Source: Nitrospiraceae bacterium (GTDB lineage: Bacteria; Nitrospirota; Nitrospiria; Nitrospirales; Nitrospiraceae). Taken from it: a stretch of 64,000 bases of DNA. Positions 1 through 9,564 of the stretch are shown here, one piece after another. The position numbers and the translations under genes were made by a program. The stretch covers positions 1-64,000 of the forward strand of contig JBBIJI010000016.1 of NCBI GenBank assembly GCA_037446055.1, read 5' to 3'. The notes under the pieces were generated by a model. The model had not been told where the DNA came from and did not search any database. It was given only the letters and a program-made list of their open reading frames with translations. How positions within the stretch are numbered: the stretch's first letter is position 1; each line of letters starts with the position of its first letter.

Positions 1-294
1 TTCGACTGGCTCAGGACAGGTGGGGGACCGTGGATGAACGATTGGCTTGGTGGCGGGAGCCACGAAGCCAGTCTTCATGACTGGTTCACGGGAGTCTGCC
101 GGAGGCAGTCTCCCGTGAACTCTTGGGGTCGGTCTTGTTCGCCTGATTCTCTTGTGCGGAGCCCAGCCGAAGGGGACTGTCCCCCTTCTTGGCCTCTTAG
201 GCCGGGGACTGTCCCCGTCCCCCCGAGCAGGTGAGGAGACTGATAGGATTCTCGGAACGTTTCTCTTCACGGCATGGCGGTGCTTCGTGACGCA

Positions 295-810
295 TCACAC
301 GGAAGGCAATTTCAGATCCGATGGTGTGTAGAGCTTCAACGCTTTGACGGCGCGGAATCGGGAGTCAGCCGACACCAACGCATCCGCCTGGATTCGAATG
401 GCGATCGCCGCGATCAGGGAATCATTCGTCAGCAACCCGTAGCGTTCCTGGATCTCCAGCGCTTGACTCATGAGGTCAGCCTCATGACAGGGCTCGAATC
501 CCATGCCGAGCGTCACGAGCGCCCTCACCTTGTCTCGATATAGCGAGAGACGCTTCACCGTGTCGGGTTTCCCCGCTAACTGCCGGGCGGGGTTTGGTCC
601 ACGAATGTGCCCGAGCATGATCGCTTCCTTGACCATGAGCAGGTGCATGGTCTCCTGCCACACCGGCTGAGGCAAGACTGCCGTCAGATCTCGCTCCTCG
701 ATTCGCCGCAAGAGCCGCTGCGTTTGGAGCGAGGCGGCCTCCTCGGCGTAGATCAAGATATTGGTGTCCAGCACGCAGTGGCTGCCGCTCGGGATGTCAT
801 CCGGATTCAT
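295..810 (-). CDS. vapC: PIN-domain toxin (VapC-like); start placed at the internal Met (MNPDD...) that overlaps the antitoxin stop by ATGA
   Basis: Motif VLDTNILIY and acidic PIN residues. The ATG at 810 overlaps the upstream stop TGA at 807-809, as expected for a translationally coupled TA pair. Confidence 0.7.
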   Translation of the reverse strand: MNPDDIPSGSHCVLDTNILIYAEEAASLQTQRLLRRIEERDLTAVLPQPVWQETMHLLMVKEAIMLGHIRGPNPARQLAGKPDTVKRLSLYRDKVRALVTLGMGFEPCHEADLMSQALEIQERYGLLTNDSLIAAIAIRIQADALVSADSRFRAVKALKLYTPSDLKLPSV

Positions 811-1049
811 AATTCCCACATATCCTCTGCAAGCAGATAGCGCAGTTCCTTTGGGGGAATTTTCATTGGACGCTCGCAAAACAGGTGATATGCCATCTCG
901 CGTTCCTTCGGGGAGGGCGCGTGTACCCGCAAATATCGGACCAGTGCGTCTTCGATGAGCTCATTGAGCGGCCGTCCTTCCTCTGCCGCGCGGCGTTTCG
1001 CGAGACGCATGACTTTTTCTTCCAACAGGGTACCCAACTTTTGCTTCAT
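807..1049 (-). CDS. small antitoxin (VapB/ribbon-helix-helix-like, 80 aa) upstream of PIN toxin
   Basis: 80-aa ORF directly upstream of, and overlapping, the PIN gene. It is charged and helical (LAKRRAAEEGRPLNELIEDALVRYL), typical of RHH antitoxins. Confidence 0.6.
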   Translation of the reverse strand: MKQKLGTLLEEKVMRLAKRRAAEEGRPLNELIEDALVRYLRVHAPSPKEREMAYHLFCERPMKIPPKELRYLLAEDMWEL

Positions 1050-1107
1050 ACCTCTTTCTCCTCTCCAGACAAGGGGAGACGCGCCAGTGGGGAGACTAAT
1101 CTAGAAA

Positions 1108-1123
1108 TCTTGACATGTCAAGA
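1108..1123. promoter_or_regulatory. perfect 16-nt palindrome TCTTGACATGTCAAGA about 60 nt upstream of the antitoxin start; candidate autoregulatory operator overlapping a TTGACA-like -35
   Basis: Read directly: tcttgacatgtcaaga is identical to its reverse complement. It sits in the TA promoter region. Confidence 0.35.
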
Positions 1124-1213
1124 TGGCTGTCACGCGTTAGAAAATGGGGACAGGACCCGGCAGAGAGTTTCCTTTCATGAGCCGGAGCCAGTCCCCATTT
1201 TCTTCCCGAGCGG

Positions 1214-1315
1214 GGCCCTTCGACAAGCTCAGGGCAGGCAGGAAAGGCCCTTCGATTCACTCAGGGCAAGCGGAAGCATGGGCGGCCTGCGGCCCTTCGA
1301 GTGCCTCAGGGTCCC
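1214..1315. repeat. three tandem degenerate copies of GGCCCTTCGA-N4-CTCAGGGCA (starts about 1214, 1246, 1291) in a GC-rich noncoding stretch
   Basis: Read directly in the sequence. The overlapping ORFs in this area translate to low-complexity R/G/A/P strings. Confidence 0.4.
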
Positions 1316-1673
1316 GAGCAGTGTCGAGGGACGAGCTAAGCCGAGTTGCGCCCCCTTGCGTCGGTTCAGAATCCGAAGAGTTTTGCGCGACCCGAAAACC
1401 GAGGGCACGAGCCTTGCGGCTCCAGAGGGGCTCTGGCCGCAGGCAGCGGAAGACCCTGCGGGGCTGGAGCCCGAGGGCAGAGAACCTCAGAGCCCTTGCA
1501 AGGCGAGTGACCGAGGCAGAGCGCGCCTGGCACGCCCCCTTGCCACCACAAGTCCCATCCAAGTAGGAGAACGCAAGGGGCGTGACAGGCGTTCAAGCGT
1601 TGCGACCGGGACGATCAAGGGCCTTGGGCCTCGAAAAAGGTTCGAGCGCGCTGAAGAAGGGCCCACCAAACCT

Positions 1674-1880
1674 CACTTCGTGCGTACCGGTCGCTCTTCT
1701 GTGGTTTATCGTGACTGACGCGACCGGATAGAGTCCTCAACCCACGACTTTCATTGCTCACTTCGTGCGTACCGGCGGCTATTCGGGCATAGCCCTCTTC
1801 ATTGACGCCGCCGGATATACCCCTCCAGTGGTTCCAGGGCCGTCTGAATCAAACTGCCCTTCGTGCGTACCGGTCGCCCT
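1674..1880. repeat. three dispersed copies of CTTCGTGCGTACCGG(T/C)(C/G)GC (starts about 1676, 1761, 1859; spacing 85 and 98 nt) upstream of the HPt gene
   Basis: Read directly. A related cacttcgtgcg motif recurs just 3' of the tRNA-Pro at about 17115. Confidence 0.4.
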
Positions 1881-1913
1881 TCAGGGGGTTGTGGCGCGGA
1901 AGACGCCACGGGT

Positions 1914-2228
1914 CTACCGCTTGTACACGACTTCGACGCGGGCGAGGTACTCGCTCAGGGAGTGGATCTGACGGTCGATGGCGGATTTGTCGCGCCGGTT
2001 GGCGGCCTGCTCGATAACGGCGCCTATTTCACTGATCCGATTGAATCCGTATCCTCCGCCGTCCCCTTTCATGCGATGGCCGAGGGTGCGGACGGTGCCG
2101 AAGTCTTCCCCTTCCAGCGCCGCTCTGAGCGTGACGAGGTCTTTCCCTCTATTTGCGAGAAAACCCGGGACGAGCTCGGCAAGATCCGGATCGATCGTCA
2201 CGAAAATTTTCCCGCCGTCGTCAGGCAT
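1914..2228 (-). CDS. histidine phosphotransfer (HPt) protein, 104 aa, translationally coupled to the hybrid kinase (TAATG overlap)
   Basis: Motif LGHRMKGDGGGYGF matches the HPt HxxKG signature. The ATG at 2228-2226 overlaps the kinase stop TAA at 2230-2228. The ORF track merged this gene into a longer out-of-frame 163-aa ORF. Confidence 0.65.
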   Translation of the reverse strand: MPDDGGKIFVTIDPDLAELVPGFLANRGKDLVTLRAALEGEDFGTVRTLGHRMKGDGGGYGFNRISEIGAVIEQAANRRDKSAIDRQIHSLSEYLARVEVVYKR

Positions 2229-4471
2229 TATGGGTCCAGATGTTTCTGGTATGCGGACAAAAGTTCCAACAAGGTCGTCTTCTTGATCGGTTTGGTCAAG
2301 TGGGCGTTGCAGCCCGCCTGGATGATCTTCGTCGTCTCTTTTTTCAAGGCGAACGCGGTCAGCGCGATGATGGGAGTCGGCGGCTGCTTGTGCTCTTCTT
2401 CCCACCGGCGGATGGCTTTTGTGGCTGCATACCCGTCCATGACGGGCATCTGCATGTCCATGAGGATGAGATCGAAGTGACCCGAAGTCACCTTTCCCAC
2501 AGCCACGGCTCCGTTCTCCGCCAGATCCAACTTGTGTGCGGTGCGCTTGAGGTAGGACTGGATCAAGAGTTGATTGTCCGGCGAGTCTTCCACCAGCAGA
2601 ATGCGGAGTGAAGCCGCGGGGCTCGATCCGTCGTCCTCTGCCGCGGGGGTATGAGCAAGATGGAGGCCTTTGGTCCGGCTCAACGCCATCCCGACGGCTT
2701 GCAGCAGATCGGAACGCCGGATCGGTTTCACCAGGTAGCCGCCGAGGCCGAGATCATAGGTTCTGGCGATGTCCTCAGCCCACCTGTCAGAAGTCAACAT
2801 GACGATGGTGAGGTCTTTAAACCCCGGACTGTTCCGGATCTGCTCCGCGACCTCAAATCCATTGCGGCCTTCTATTCTGCTGTCCAACAAGAGCAAGTCG
2901 AAAGGCCGCCCTTCATCGGACGCTCGTTCCAAGGTGATCAACGCCTCGTCATCCCGCTCTGCCTCCGTGACGACCGCTCCCCACGAGGCGAGCATCTCTC
3001 GGAGGATGAGCCGGTTCATCGGGAAATCGTCGACCACAAGAGTCTTGAGGCCTGCCAGATACGTTGCGAGGGAGGGCATGCCGGCAGACTGATCCGGTTG
3101 CGCGGCGAGCCGAACGGTGCAGTAAAAGGTGCTGCCTTGCCCGGCGGCGCTCTCCGCCCAGACGTCTCCGCCCATGAGCCCTGCAAGATGCTTGCAGATG
3201 GAGAGGCCCAGGCCGGTTCCACCGTATTTGCGGGCGATGGCCGGGCTTGCTTGCGTGAAGCTGTCGAAGATGCTTCGCAGTCGGTCGGTAGGAATACCAA
3301 TCCCGGTGTCGGATACGGAAAACCGGAGCGCCCCCGGTTCACGAACCAGGGGGTCGTTTTGGATCCGCATGACCACAGAGCCGTGGTCGGTGAACTTGAT
3401 GGCGTTCCCAACCAGATTGATGATGATCTGATGGAGGCGGGTTGGGTCGCCGATGAGGCGACATGGCACGTCGGGAAACAAATGGCAGGCCAGCTCGAGT
3501 CCCTTCTCGTTGGCGCGCAGGGCGAGAATCTCGATCGCTCTATCGATCAGATCGTTCAAGTCAAACTCGATGGACTCGAGTTCCAAGTGGCCGGCTTCGA
3601 CCTTGGAGAGATCCAGAATATCGTTCAAGAGGCCGAGGAGCGTCCCGCCGGCTCGGCGGAAGACCCGAACGTACTTGCGCTGTTCAGGGGTCAAGTGCGT
3701 CTCCCATAAGAGATCCGCCATACCGATGATCGCATTCATCGGTGTCCGGATCTCATGACTCATGCTTGCGAGAAATTCGCTCTTGGCCCGATTGGCGACT
3801 TCGGCCGCCTCTTTGGCGCTGGCGAGCGCCTGCGCCGTCATTTTTCGATCGGCGGCTTCCAGCGCCAGCGTCACCATGGTGGAGACGGTCACGGCAAAGG
3901 TCTGTTCTTCTTCCGTCCATCGGCGCGAGCCGCCGATGTGTTCGTGGCAGATGACGCCGATGCATCGGCCTCGCTGGCGAATCGGTGCGTCCAGGGTCGC
4001 GCCGATGCCCAGTGGAATCAGGTAGTCCTGAGCGAATTCCCGAGTCCGACCGTCCTTCCGGGCGTTTACGGCGGCAATCGTGTACTCTTCCGATTCCAGC
4101 GCGTCAAAGTACTCCGGGTATAACTGGAGGCTGCGGCTGGGACCGCTGGAATGACATTTCGCCTGGACTTCGTACAAGTCCTTCAGCTCGAGCGCCGACC
4201 GGTCGCGGTTCACCAGCCAGATGCCGCAACGCGCAACATTCAAGGTGTGTCCGGCCGCTTCGGTGAGCAAATGAAACGCCGTGACGAGATCGCCGTCGAT
4301 CAACGCGGGGTTATTCGCCAGGTTCAAGAGAGCATACTGGGATTTTCCAAGAAGACTCTTGCGTGAGAGGCGAATTCGGCTGAGCGTCGTCTGGGAACGC
4401 CTTCGGCCGGACCGGGAAGGCAGCGATCCCGTCCTGCGCGACACTCGTTGACGTGTAGATCGTCTCGGCAT
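2228..4471 (-). CDS. hybrid sensor histidine kinase (GAF - HisKA - HATPase_c - two receiver domains)
   Basis: H-box [17 protein letters not shown]-lid motifs DTGIGI and GGTGLGL. Two receiver segments ([10 protein letters not shown]..., [11 protein letters not shown]...[14 protein letters not shown]). The N-terminal start is uncertain because the leader is Arg-rich. Confidence 0.85.
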   Translation of the reverse strand: MPRRSTRQRVSRRTGSLPSRSGRRRSQTTLSRIRLSRKSLLGKSQYALLNLANNPALIDGDLVTAFHLLTEAAGHTLNVARCGIWLVNRDRSALELKDLYEVQAKCHSSGPSRSLQLYPEYFDALESEEYTIAAVNARKDGRTREFAQDYLIPLGIGATLDAPIRQRGRCIGVICHEHIGGSRRWTEEEQTFAVTVSTMVTLALEAADRKMTAQALASAKEAAEVANRAKSEFLASMSHEIRTPMNAIIGMADLLWETHLTPEQRKYVRVFRRAGGTLLGLLNDILDLSKVEAGHLELESIEFDLNDLIDRAIEILALRANEKGLELACHLFPDVPCRLIGDPTRLHQIIINLVGNAIKFTDHGSVVMRIQNDPLVREPGALRFSVSDTGIGIPTDRLRSIFDSFTQASPAIARKYGGTGLGLSICKHLAGLMGGDVWAESAAGQGSTFYCTVRLAAQPDQSAGMPSLATYLAGLKTLVVDDFPMNRLILREMLASWGAVVTEAERDDEALITLERASDEGRPFDLLLLDSRIEGRNGFEVAEQIRNSPGFKDLTIVMLTSDRWAEDIARTYDLGLGGYLVKPIRRSDLLQAVGMALSRTKGLHLAHTPAAEDDGSSPAASLRILLVEDSPDNQLLIQSYLKRTAHKLDLAENGAVAVGKVTSGHFDLILMDMQMPVMDGYAATKAIRRWEEEHKQPPTPIIALTAFALKKETTKIIQAGCNAHLTKPIKKTTLLELLSAYQKHLDP

Positions 4472-4589
4472 GATCCTGCCTCAGCCGTCTCGATAAAAAC
4501 CGCGCCTTGGGTGAGCGAAGGACTTTTGGGCGAGCAGAGAGGCCGTGGACGAGGGGTGATCGGTGCGGAGGACTAACCGGCCGGGATCG

Positions 4590-5594
4590 TCAGTCCTCAC
4601 GGAGGTTCTCGACGAGGGAGAGGACGGCGGCCTGTTTGATCCTGTTTCGCCCTTCCTGCTTGGCCTGGTAGAGAGCCTGATCGGCGGCCTTAATGAGGTC
4701 GCTGGGGAACGTGTGACGGGTCGGAACCGTGGTCGCGTATCCCAAGCTGATCGTCACCTGGCCGCCGTCCGAATGGGTAATGCCGAGAGATTCGACACGT
4801 CGTCGCAGGGTCTCTGCGATCATAGCGGCGCCCTCAACGCCGGTTCCCGGGAGGACCACGACGAACTCATCCCCACCATAACGAGCGACCAAGTCGCCGG
4901 GCCGGTTGACCGCGCTGGTAATGGCTCCTGCCACCTGCCTCAAGCATTCGTCCCCGGCCTGGTGGCCGTTCTTATCGTTGTAAGTCTTGAACCGGTCGAT
5001 GTCGAGCATGATGAGCGACAGCGGGGCGGCTTCGCGGACGGCGCGCCGCCATTCCTGCTCCAAGAAATCATCGAACTGCCGTCGGTTCGTAATGCCGGTG
5101 AGGCCGTCCAGGCAGGAGAGACGCAGCAACATCTGGTTCGCCTCCTGCAGTTGGCGCATGACCTCGAGCAACTCCTGCTCGCGTGCCCGGCGGCGATTGA
5201 TTTCATGGACCAAGCGAAGCACGGAACGGATCCGAGTCAGCAGCTCCATCTTGTTGATCGGCTTCGCGATGAAATCCATCGCGCCGGCGGCGAAGGCGAG
5301 CTGCAGGTCGACCGGGTCCGTCTTGACCGTGACCATGATGACCGGGGTATCACGGAAGCGTTCGATCGCCTTGATCTGGCGACAGGCCTCGATCCCGTTC
5401 ATCGGGGCCATGACGATGTCCATCAGAATCAGATCGACCTGGGCCCCGACGTGGTTCCCTCCCTCCATTCCCAGGACATGGAAGGCCGAGGAGGCCGAGT
5501 CGGCAACCAGAATATCCTGGTAGCCGGCCGAGGAGAGAATGGATTCAACCAAGGCCCGGTCGTCCGGAGAATCGTCAACAATCAGTATACCCAT
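4590..5594 (-). CDS. response regulator with GGDEF diguanylate cyclase output (PleD/WspR-like)
   Basis: Receiver motifs [11 protein letters not shown] and [19 protein letters not shown] core RYGGDEF. Start placed at MGILIV, which has a GGGAG Shine-Dalgarno 8 nt upstream. Confidence 0.85.
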   Translation of the reverse strand: MGILIVDDSPDDRALVESILSSAGYQDILVADSASSAFHVLGMEGGNHVGAQVDLILMDIVMAPMNGIEACRQIKAIERFRDTPVIMVTVKTDPVDLQLAFAAGAMDFIAKPINKMELLTRIRSVLRLVHEINRRRAREQELLEVMRQLQEANQMLLRLSCLDGLTGITNRRQFDDFLEQEWRRAVREAAPLSLIMLDIDRFKTYNDKNGHQAGDECLRQVAGAITSAVNRPGDLVARYGGDEFVVVLPGTGVEGAAMIAETLRRRVESLGITHSDGGQVTISLGYATTVPTRHTFPSDLIKAADQALYQAKQEGRNRIKQAAVLSLVENLRED

Positions 5595-5642
5595 GCGTGC
5601 TCCCTTCACAGGAACTCATCAGGTAGAGCCGAATGGTAGCAA

Positions 5643-6284
5643 CTAGTCTTTGTAAACGCCAGGATAAAGCTTTTTCACGCAGGCTGCGCAGAGACCGTGG
5701 CTGAATTCTGCTTCGGAATGTTCCTGGATATATTCCTCCAACTGCTGCCAAGAACCCTGGTCGTTGCGGATTTTCTTGCAGGAGGCGCAGATTGGCACCA
5801 ACCCGCGCAGGACCTTCACTTCTTTCAACGCACGCTGCAGCTCTTCGTTGCTCTTTTGCAGTTCGAGCTCGCGAGCCTTTCGTCGATCCATTTCGCGCTT
5901 CAGCGTAAGCGCGGAAGATACCCTCGCCAGCAACTCGACGTGGTTGACCGGTTTGGTGATGTAATCCATGGCGCCGGCGGCGAAGGCTTCCTGGAGGTTT
6001 GTCAGGTCGGTCTTTGCCGTCACCATGATAATCGGAATATCCCTCAGGTGGGCCTGAGCTTTGATGTGTCGGCAGGCTGAGACTCCGTCCATATCGGGCA
6101 TCAGCACATCCATTAAGATAAGGTCCGGCAGCACAGTGTGATTAGTGGCGGCCCCGACGCCTAACAGCGTGAAGCTTGCCTGAGCTGAATCAGCTATATG
6201 GATATCTCCGTGGCCAGCCCGGTTCAGAATCGAGCGAAGCAGCAGTTGCTGGTCAGGGGAATCATCAACGAGAAGAACGGTCAT
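5643..6284 (-). CDS. response regulator receiver fused to a C-terminal Cys4/His zinc-ribbon-like domain (CxxC...H...SHGxCxxC)
   Basis: Receiver motifs VLLVDDSPDQQ and DLILMDVLMPDMDG. C-terminal motif PICASCKKIRNDQGSWQQLEEYIQEHSEAEFSHGLCAACV. Confidence 0.8.
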   Translation of the reverse strand: MTVLLVDDSPDQQLLLRSILNRAGHGDIHIADSAQASFTLLGVGAATNHTVLPDLILMDVLMPDMDGVSACRHIKAQAHLRDIPIIMVTAKTDLTNLQEAFAAGAMDYITKPVNHVELLARVSSALTLKREMDRRKARELELQKSNEELQRALKEVKVLRGLVPICASCKKIRNDQGSWQQLEEYIQEHSEAEFSHGLCAACVKKLYPGVYKD

Positions 6285-6350
6285 GTCGGAATCCTGCGGT
6301 GGGTGTGGAAGCGGACCCTCACGCCGACCAAAGTATAGCAGGCGGAGAAC

Positions 6351-6797
6351 CTACTGAAGCTTTGCGCGAACGAGATCGCTCACTTGTTTTCCGTCGACGG
6401 TCTGACCCGCTGTCTTGGCCATCACAGCCTTCATGACCTGACCCATGTCTTTTGCAGTCTTCGCGCCGGTTTCCCGAATCGCCTGGTCGATCAACACAGC
6501 GAGGTCCTCCGGCGTGAGGGCTTTGGGGAGATAGCTCTCAATAATAGCCATCTCTTGTCGTTCTTTATCGGCGAGGTCTCTTCGATTCCCTTTCTCGTAT
6601 TGCTCGGCGGCCTCCTTCCGCTGCTTGATGAGGGTGCTCATGACGCGGCTCATCCCTGCGTCGTCGAGGTCTTTCTTCAGCTCGACCTCCTTGTTCAGGA
6701 TCGCAGCCTTTACCATACGGATGACGTCCATGCGGAGCTGGTTCCGACTCTTCATGGCAAGCTTTAAGTCTTCATCTAAGCGATTCCGCAAGGACAT
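6351..6797 (-). CDS. GatB/YqeY domain-containing protein
   Basis: 148 aa. The N-terminal LKxAMKxxD helix and the C-terminal GKxVSDLVKAKL-like tail are typical of the YqeY family. Confidence 0.8.
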   Translation of the reverse strand: MSLRNRLDEDLKLAMKSRNQLRMDVIRMVKAAILNKEVELKKDLDDAGMSRVMSTLIKQRKEAAEQYEKGNRRDLADKERQEMAIIESYLPKALTPEDLAVLIDQAIRETGAKTAKDMGQVMKAVMAKTAGQTVDGKQVSDLVRAKLQ

Positions 6798-7096
6798 ATC
6801 GCAACGCTCCTCTCAGCACCGTGCCGGTGCCGCTTTCAGGATAGCCCTCGTGTCAGGACCAGTCAATCCTTCGACAACCGCGGGCCTCCGAGGGAAGTCG
6901 TGAATGGTTGATGCGGAGGGCGCCTGTACCCCGAGGCTTCCACACGGGCCACGGGCGCCGTCGAGACGTCGACACGAAGTAATCTGCCGGAGGTTACGGG
7001 GGTGGTGGTATTTCGTCTGGAAAGAGATGTATCATGCTTGTGTCAGGAGAGCGTGACGCCCTTGGGCGGTCTGTGGACTCGGTTCGAGGTACGTCG

Positions 7097-7732
7097 ATGA
7101 ATCGGCCAGGCAAGGGCCTCCACGTGGTGACCGGCTTCCTGGTCTTGCCCCTGCTCGTTGGGTGCCACTCCTCGACCGCGTCTGTGGTTGCCGAGGAGCC
7201 TGCCTTACAGCTACCCTCTCTCGCGGTTCCACACGATGTCAAACGGCTGGCCGTGTTCTACCCGAAGTCCTCGAATCCGGAGTGGATGGAGGCTTATGCT
7301 CGTTTGGAAAGCGCGGCGTTCCTGTTGAAGCAGCAGCGGCCTGATTTAAAGATCGTCGATCGCTTCAATCTGCCGCTCCTGCTCGACGAACACCGCTTGC
7401 AATGGACGGGCTCGGTGTCGGAGGATTCCGCGATCCGATTAGGCCGACTCCTCGGCGTCGACAGCGTGTTGATCTATCGGATCGATGGCCCCACGATTCG
7501 AGACCGTTTCTTCGCCAGACACTCGAGCGATTTGCCGCCCATTACCGTGCTGAGCAAAATCATCAAGGTCGAAAGCGCGGAGGTGGTCTATCACAACGTC
7601 GTCACGGCACGGGCTGATGATGGAGCCGGCTGGGAGTTGTCGGACAGCCTTGACGTGGATCGGGTGAATCGGACGGCGTTGGAGCGGGGCATACGCCAGA
7701 CCGTCAACGACCTGCGGCAGGCATTTCAATAA
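7097..7732 (+). CDS. hypothetical lipoprotein
   Basis: Signal peptide with lipobox LLVGC after the internal Met at 7097. No recognisable domain. Confidence 0.5.
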   Translation: MNRPGKGLHVVTGFLVLPLLVGCHSSTASVVAEEPALQLPSLAVPHDVKRLAVFYPKSSNPEWMEAYARLESAAFLLKQQRPDLKIVDRFNLPLLLDEHRLQWTGSVSEDSAIRLGRLLGVDSVLIYRIDGPTIRDRFFARHSSDLPPITVLSKIIKVESAEVVYHNVVTARADDGAGWELSDSLDVDRVNRTALERGIRQTVNDLRQAFQ

Positions 7733-7768
7733 ATCCCACACACTGGAGACAAGGAAGGAGGAAAACGC

Positions 7769-7993
7769 ATGGACGGCTGGGCGGTCCGGACAAGGTATAC
7801 CTCTAAGTTAAGAGTCGCGATGGCGGTTGCAGTCGCCGTGGGAATGCTGGCTGCCGGTTGTGCTGCCACCGTTCAAAAGGAGCCGCCGGCACCAAGCCCA
7901 TCCCAAGTGCGGAGCAATGCCGATCGGGCCTTCGAGAAGCTCAAACAGGAGGAGCGGGAACGTCAGATCGACTCATCTGCCGTGTCAAAGTAA
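7769..7993 (+). CDS. small hypothetical lipoprotein (74 aa)
   Basis: Shine-Dalgarno AAGGAAGGAGG upstream. Lipobox LAAGC. Lys/Glu-rich C-terminus. Confidence 0.4.
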   Translation: MDGWAVRTRYTSKLRVAMAVAVAVGMLAAGCAATVQKEPPAPSPSQVRSNADRAFEKLKQEERERQIDSSAVSK

Positions 7994-8016
7994 CGTGACG
8001 GTGGACAACTGGGGGG

Positions 8017-9387
8017 TTAGGACTCTGAGCTCGTTCCTTTCGGCAGGAGCCAAGAGGAGAGCGGTTTCAGTAGCGGGAGTTCCCGGACCATCGCGCCATG
8101 GGAGAGTAATTCGACAGGTCGGGCTTCGCGAAACGTGCCGAGAAGAGCGGACACGACAACCAGCCGCAAGACGCCGGATAGCATGAATACAAATGGAAGA
8201 TTGGAAGGCGGCCGCACCTCCCAGGGGCCGAGGACGAGTTGATCGGGAACGAGGTTGACGAGCGAGCTCCCTAACAGGGCGCCGACGAACCACCCGCAGG
8301 CGTTGACAGCGTTGGCGACGGCGACGCCCTTCGCCTTGTCCTCGATCCGAACGACGTCAAAGACGTAATTTTGTAGACCGAGCGCCAGTCCTCCCCAGAT
8401 TACCCCCGCCAGAAAGTTCACGACTATCAGGACCATCAGGTGCGTCGTGAACAGATACACCATCGGCAGAAACGGCACGATGAATCCAGTGATCGCAAGG
8501 ACTTTTTTGCTGCCGAAGCGGTCACAGAGGTGGCCCCAGGGGTGGAGTGTCAGGAACTGTCCCAACATGCCGACGGCCATCCACAGACCATACTCGAGGT
8601 AGCTCCAGTGGAGATCCCGGAGCACGAAGACGACGAAGAACGGGCCCGCGATCACTACGCACAGATGGAGGAGTCCCGAGAACAAGAGAAACCGACGATA
8701 ATCCCGGCCGGCCGTTCGGCGCAGGAACTCGCGAAACGTCATCGCGTCTCCGGTCGTCTGGATGGGCGGAGGCTCATCAATGCGCGCGAGGAAGTGAGTC
8801 GACAGGCCACGGGCCAGCGCGGCTAACCCGAAGAGCAGCGCGAAGCCGCCCCACGCAATGTCCCAGCGCGCTCCTATATTCAGCAGCGAGCCGCCCAGGC
8901 CGAGCGCGAATACGCTCATGACCGCCATGACCTGGGCCCGCCGGCCGAAGTAGCTGCCGCGCTGCTTCGGCTCTACGTGATCCGTGATGACGCTCGTCCA
9001 CGGAGGAACTGCCACATTGCCCAATGCAAAATAGACCACCGCGCAGGTCACGACGAGCCACGCGCCTTGCGCAGGCCACAACAGAGGCAACAGGAGGGTG
9101 GGCAGCCAACAGAGGCTTTGGCCGATCCCGCCGCACAGGATCAAGGGGCGACGCCGTCCCAGCAGGTGCATGAGTTTGATTGAAACGAGCTGGGAAACGG
9201 TCGCGACCATCTGGGGCAGGGCAGAGAGCAGGCCGATCTGGAAGGCACTCGCGTGAAACAACAGGGCGAAGGCCGACAGGTAGTTATCCCCGAGTCCTTG
9301 AGTCACGGCCTGCCCGGCGCCGTCGTAGATGCCGTACCGGCGGCTGCGCGCCGCGTTGGCCTTGGGGTCCTGGATGGCTTCGGACAT
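8017..9387 (-). CDS. MFS transporter
   Basis: 456 aa with about 12 predicted hydrophobic helices. MFS-like loop GRRRPLIL between TM2 and TM3. Confidence 0.8.
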   Translation of the reverse strand: MSEAIQDPKANAARSRRYGIYDGAGQAVTQGLGDNYLSAFALLFHASAFQIGLLSALPQMVATVSQLVSIKLMHLLGRRRPLILCGGIGQSLCWLPTLLLPLLWPAQGAWLVVTCAVVYFALGNVAVPPWTSVITDHVEPKQRGSYFGRRAQVMAVMSVFALGLGGSLLNIGARWDIAWGGFALLFGLAALARGLSTHFLARIDEPPPIQTTGDAMTFREFLRRTAGRDYRRFLLFSGLLHLCVVIAGPFFVVFVLRDLHWSYLEYGLWMAVGMLGQFLTLHPWGHLCDRFGSKKVLAITGFIVPFLPMVYLFTTHLMVLIVVNFLAGVIWGGLALGLQNYVFDVVRIEDKAKGVAVANAVNACGWFVGALLGSSLVNLVPDQLVLGPWEVRPPSNLPFVFMLSGVLRLVVVSALLGTFREARPVELLSHGAMVRELPLLKPLSSWLLPKGTSSES

Positions 9388-9564
9388 TGAATGTTGAATG
9401 AGGATAAGAAATCGCGTGGCTGATTATAGCAGGAGCTCGATTTGCACTCAGTATCGGCTGATTGCGAGCGGAGTTGACCGCCTGCGGGACTCTCGATACC
9501 ATGAAGCGGTGGAGTTGATCCAGGCAACATCGCTTTTGGAAACAGGATGACGAGGAGGCCGAAT

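Noticed and set aside
274-543. 89-aa plus-strand ORF overlapping the PIN toxin gene in antisense
   Set aside because: It lies opposite a PIN-domain gene with a clear signature and a coupled antitoxin. No motifs of its own.
885-1718. 277-aa plus-strand ORF, plus overlapping ORFs at 1144-1566, 1257-1562 and 1366-1596
   Set aside because: Translations are low-complexity R/G/A/P/S strings caused by the GC-rich repeat-containing spacer. Several frames are open at once and none shows domain-like sequence.
1674-1880. Possible CRISPR array (three copies of CTTCGTGCGTACCGG...)
   Set aside because: Only three copies with a core of about 19 nt, irregular spacing (85 and 98 nt) and long dissimilar spacers. 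No cas genes appear in the window, and a similar motif occurs singly after the tRNA. Treated as a dispersed short repeat instead.
2651-3709. 352-aa plus-strand ORF antisense to the hybrid histidine kinase (similar cases: 4563-5639 versus the GGDEF regulator, 21697-22452 versus the SPFH gene, 26261-26743 inside malQ, 45889-46653 versus FGE copy 1)
   Set aside because: All sit opposite genes with strong family signatures and have no motifs of their own. They are GC-driven spurious ORFs.
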